A stretch of DNA of 64,000 nt from assembly GCF_001194135.2 (NCBI RefSeq), contig NC_068982.1, forward strand, positions 150,602,796-150,666,795, written 5' to 3'. The position numbers and the translations under genes were made by a program. The DNA is from Octopus bimaculoides (lineage: Eukaryota). The notes beneath the pieces were generated by a model that worked only from the letters and a program-made list of their open reading frames with translations, did no database searches and was not told where the DNA came from. This document shows positions 1 through 64,000 of this stretch, piece by piece; the first letter of the stretch is position 1; every line of letters begins with the position of its first letter.

Positions 1-885
1 CAAGCAGCACATCACGCTGTAATTCTTGGGCTGAGAAATCAACACTTAAAAGCCATAATTTTAAGGAGCGATAAGAATTTTTGAATAAAGGAAAATGGGT
101 AGGGGTGGGTAGGTACCGCCAGCGAGTAGATAGGGCTCTTAATTGTAGATTTTAAATATTTGAGAGACAACAATGCATAAATCGTAATTTTTAAAAGAGC
201 AATGAATTCTAGGTGAGTAGAATATAACGTAGCATGAATTTAGAAGCTTAGAAAATGAATAAGCATGAATTTAAGACAACAACTGAATTCAATTGAATTT
301 CATGGAGAGAAACAAGATAAATAATAGAGGGCAAACTAAAGCGCGAAGGTATGAGATGTTTGAGGCCGTAAATTCTCACTAGTCCACAATAACCTCAGAA
401 CTAAATATCTTTTTCTCTCATCCTACTTTACCTTATCTCATCACCTTGCTGAAAATCATCACTCTCTCTTTTCTATTCTTCTTCAGTTATAGGGACCTTT
501 TAGGCCCTTCAGAAATTCTAGGTGAGGAAGTGAAACCAAGAAACAAAGAGCCTTAAAACTAACTTAGCAAAGACTAAAGTTTCTGCAAAGCAGGGAAACA
601 GAAAGGACCCTACACTTGCCAGATAAATGGTCCTGCTTGATATACATAGGAAAGATGTATGTAGAAATTCTATATGGTATACACAGTGCAAGCCATGGAG
701 AGACAAGAATTTCTATAGAATTACAGGAAGATTAATGAATAAAGTAGATTGACACACGGGAACAACAACAACAACAACAACAACGTCGTCGTCGTCATCG
801 TCATCATCATCATCATCATCGTCGTCGTCGTTTAACGTCTGCTTTCCATGGAAAATAAACTTTCTCACATGCTTAGAAGGTGTCT

Positions 886-1460
886 TAAATGTAGTAGATA
901 GTTTCTATTTCCTAGGTGCCTTAAGTATTAGTAGAAGAGGAGGTTCAGAATATATAGCTACTAGAATAAGAACAGGACAGAAAATTCAGAGTTATTACCT
1001 CTGTTGGTGACAAAAATTTTCTCTCAAAGAGAAAGGTAGAGTATATGATGCTTATGTATAAACAGTAATGCTACATGGTAGTGAGATATGGGCCATGAAT
1101 GTAGAGGACATACAAAAACTAGAAAGGAAGGAAACTAGTATGCTCCACTGGATGTTCTGATGTCTGAGGGCAAGTATGACAAAATGAAAATGTGTTGGAG
1201 AAAAATTGGGCATAAGAGGAATCAGATATGGTGTGCAAGAGAGAATATTGTGCTGGTATGGTCATGTGATGTGTATTGGATGAGGAGAACTGTATAAAGT
1301 GGATGAAACTTGTGGAAGTGTGAGACCCAGGAAGGCATGTGATAAAGTAGTGAACGTTGTTCTTAGGATGTTGAGCCTCATGGAGAAGATGACAAAGATC
1401 AAGATGATTGGTGATTCACTGTGCTTGAGATGACCTGTCTGTCAAAGCAATAGTAAGATC
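886..1460 (+). mobile_element. Decayed RTE-clade LINE, RT C-terminal fragment
   Basis: Broken V.DSF.FLG, KGRVYDA...MLHGSE.W, WYGHV, G..RPRK motifs; homologous to the other RTE copies in the window. Confidence 0.8.
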
Positions 1461-2049
1461 CTAAAAGAATTATGTTTATGTCTATATATTCACTGCACCC
1501 TGCTCTTGCACTTAACCTGTCCTTGTCAAGCCATCACCACCTCTCATCTTCCTAATATTCATCCCTCTGTCCCTTTTCTCACTACAGCACTATTCAGCTA
1601 CTGTAATCATATAAGAGCAGAATCTGCAGATATCTCATCCTGCTTCATGCTACCAGTTACCTCATCTTTTCCTTGGAACCACTTCCTTTTAAAATCATTC
1701 CCTCATTCTCAATATCAGCCCTTCCCACTTTATTTTCCACTGATTACCCCTTTCTGCACCTCTAGTTATTCCTCCCTTTCCTCTGAAACACTTCTTTGAA
1801 TTGTCATACACCATATTTAACACTCTCTTATATCTTCTGTTGACATCCACCCTTTTTGTCTTCCCACCCCCACAACAGTCACCCCTATGTACCTCTGTCA
1901 ATGTGCATCTCTCTCCCCCACCATCTTATTATATTGTTGCTCTCTACTCTTCCTGTATTGCCACTCATCACATTCACTTCCCTGAGTCACTCCTACGATC
2001 CAAGGTACTTTTGAATGGGCTGGGGCTGGTTATGTGAAACTGGTGTAGG

Positions 2050-3340
2050 ATACAGCCGTGAACTCACTTTATTTGCCAGGTCTTCACAGNNNNNNNNNNG
2101 TGAACTCACTTTATTTGCCAGGTCTTCACAGTCACAGCATATATCCAGAGGTCTCGGTCTTTTGTCATTGCCTCTGTGAGGCCCAACGTTCGAAGGTCAG
2201 GCTTGACCACCTCATCTCATGTCTTCCTGGGTCTACCTCTACCCCGGATTTCTTCAACTGTTTGGGAGTGGCATTTCTTCACACATCTCTCCTCAACCAT
2301 TCGTAGTACATGACCATACCAGCACAAACGTCTCTCTTGCATGCCACAGCTGATGTTTCTTATGTCCAATATTTCTCTCAGGGCGCTTACACTCTGTCGT
2401 GTGTGCACACTGACATTACACATCCAGCGGAACATGCTAGTTTCATTTCTTTCGAGCCTACGCATGTCCTCCACAGTCACAGCCCTTGTTTTACTGCCGT
2501 TAAGCATGGCAGTTCGCACACATGCATTGTACAATCTATCTTTCACTCTGAGCGAGAGGACCTTTGTCACCAATAGGAGTAGAAGCTTTCTAAACTTTGC
2601 CCAGGCTATTCTTATTCTAGTAGTAACACTTTCTGAGCATCCACCCCCACTACTAAATTGGTCACCTAGGTAGCAGAAGCTATCAACTACTTCTAGTTTC
2701 TTCCCCTGGAGTGTGATGGAGACTGTTTTCTGAGCATCTGTGGTGTTTATTGCCTCTGTGCATCTGATGCACACGATAGCTATCTTCTTGGTTAATCTTC
2801 CTTTGATGTTGTTGCACCTCTTATGTGTCCAGAGCTTACACTGGGTACATCTTATGGAGTTTCTACCTACACCTTTTCTACAGATTGAGCAGGGTCACCT
2901 ACCTGAGGGTGTGTGTGTGTGATGTGTTCGCTTTCCTACTTACTAGAACTTTGGTCTTTGCTACATTGACTCTCAGGCCTTTTGATTCTAAACTTTGCTT
3001 CCACACCCGCATTTTCTTTTCTAGTTCCGGTAGTGATTCTGCTATGAGGGCCAGGTCATCAGCATAGAGGAGCTTCCAGGGGCAACCCATCTTGAATTGC
3101 TCTGTTATTGCCTATGATGAATGAAAGGGGACTGAGGGCTGAACCTTGGTGGACCCTTACTTCTACCCAGAATTCTTCACTATACTCATTGCCAATTCTA
3201 ACCTTACTAACGCCTCTCTGTATAGGGCCTGTACAGCCCTTATTAACCATTCGTTAATCTCCAGTTTCCACATCGCCGTCCATGTGGTCTTTCCTTTATC
3301 TCTTGATTTTCAAATATACTTTGAAACTGCTGTGGTGTTC
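2050..3340 (-). mobile_element. 5'-truncated RTE-clade LINE (RT with YADD, PHD-like finger, C-terminal domain)
   Basis: ORFs 3059-3250, 2899-3090 (LLYADDLAL) and 2217-2774 (VDSFCYLGD...WYGHV...GRGRPRKT); few stops or frameshifts. Confidence 0.93.
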
Positions 3341-3901
3341 TTGAACTGCTGATGATGGAACGAGCTTTAGAGTCAATAGAATAAGTAGTAGTAATATATA
3401 GGAACTAATTTGTTTTTTATGGCTTAGGAGAAAGAGGTTGTATATAAGTGTCTTCACAGACTCTCTGACACTGGTAAGACTGATGTAGATGACATTGAGT
3501 TTGAGTAATTTATAAGTCAACATCTGGAGAAAATGTGTTAGTGAGATGAGAATTCCAGAGTGTGGATATTCCAGGAAGGAAGGATTGGGAAAGAGGTTAA
3601 CAAGGAACTTCGGTGGTGGGATACAGAAGGTGTGATAAGTAGAGGAGACATGATTGAGCTTAGATGGAGGGGCATAAAACTTCCAAACTAAGAAGAGAAA
3701 AACTCATTGTAGTAATGATAAAATGGGTGAAAAGAGTTTAATTTATTTTACACATCCACCCAAGAAAAACTGGCCTAATAGCAAGTCAAAGAAAGCAATA
3801 TTAATTTGCATATATAATGTACCAGTAATATATTGGAGTAGTTTCAGTTTGATTAAACTTTCTCTGATGTCTAGTGCAAAAACAAATTGATACCAGCTTA
3901 C

Positions 3902-63947
<60,046 letters not shown>

Positions 63948-64000
63948 CTGAAAATAGGAGAAGTAAAGAGAATTTAATAGGAAACTGGATAATATGGTCT

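Noticed and set aside
2057-2132. Direct duplications across N gaps (also 49586-49678)
   Set aside because: Perfect repeats flanking a 10-11 N gap are typical unmerged-overlap assembly artefacts.
3296-3523. 75-aa minus ORF as the next CC2 exon
   Set aside because: It has an acceptor but no coiled-coil or dynein character and no clear donor; the next exon was not identified.

Overview
AT-rich, repeat-dense eukaryotic genomic DNA. The RTE-LINE/SINE/(GAT)n/(TAA)n repeat landscape looks like an octopus genome; this is inferred from recalled repeat families, not from a search. The whole window lies inside one minus-strand gene. I manually assembled 35 exons (63947 down to 3902; 4911 nt = 1637 codons) with consistent splice phases and no in-frame stops. 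They encode the second half of AAA1, AAA2, AAA3, AAA4, stalk CC1, the microtubule-binding domain and the start of CC2 of a highly divergent dynein heavy chain. The gene appears to continue past both window edges. The protein looks intact but is predicted to be catalytically crippled: the AAA1 Walker B, sensor I, sensor II and arginine finger are all substituted and the AAA4 P-loop is erased, while the AAA2 and AAA3 P-loops are kept. The introns hold decayed RTE LINEs whose reverse transcriptase (RT) carries an in-frame C4HC3 PHD-type finger, two tRNA-derived SINE families, an R4/Dong-like element in a (TAA)n array, a DD35E Tc1 remnant, a hAT remnant, TTAA-flanked MITEs, and mini- and microsatellites. 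I found no rRNA, true tRNA gene or CRISPR array. All translations and alignments were done by eye.
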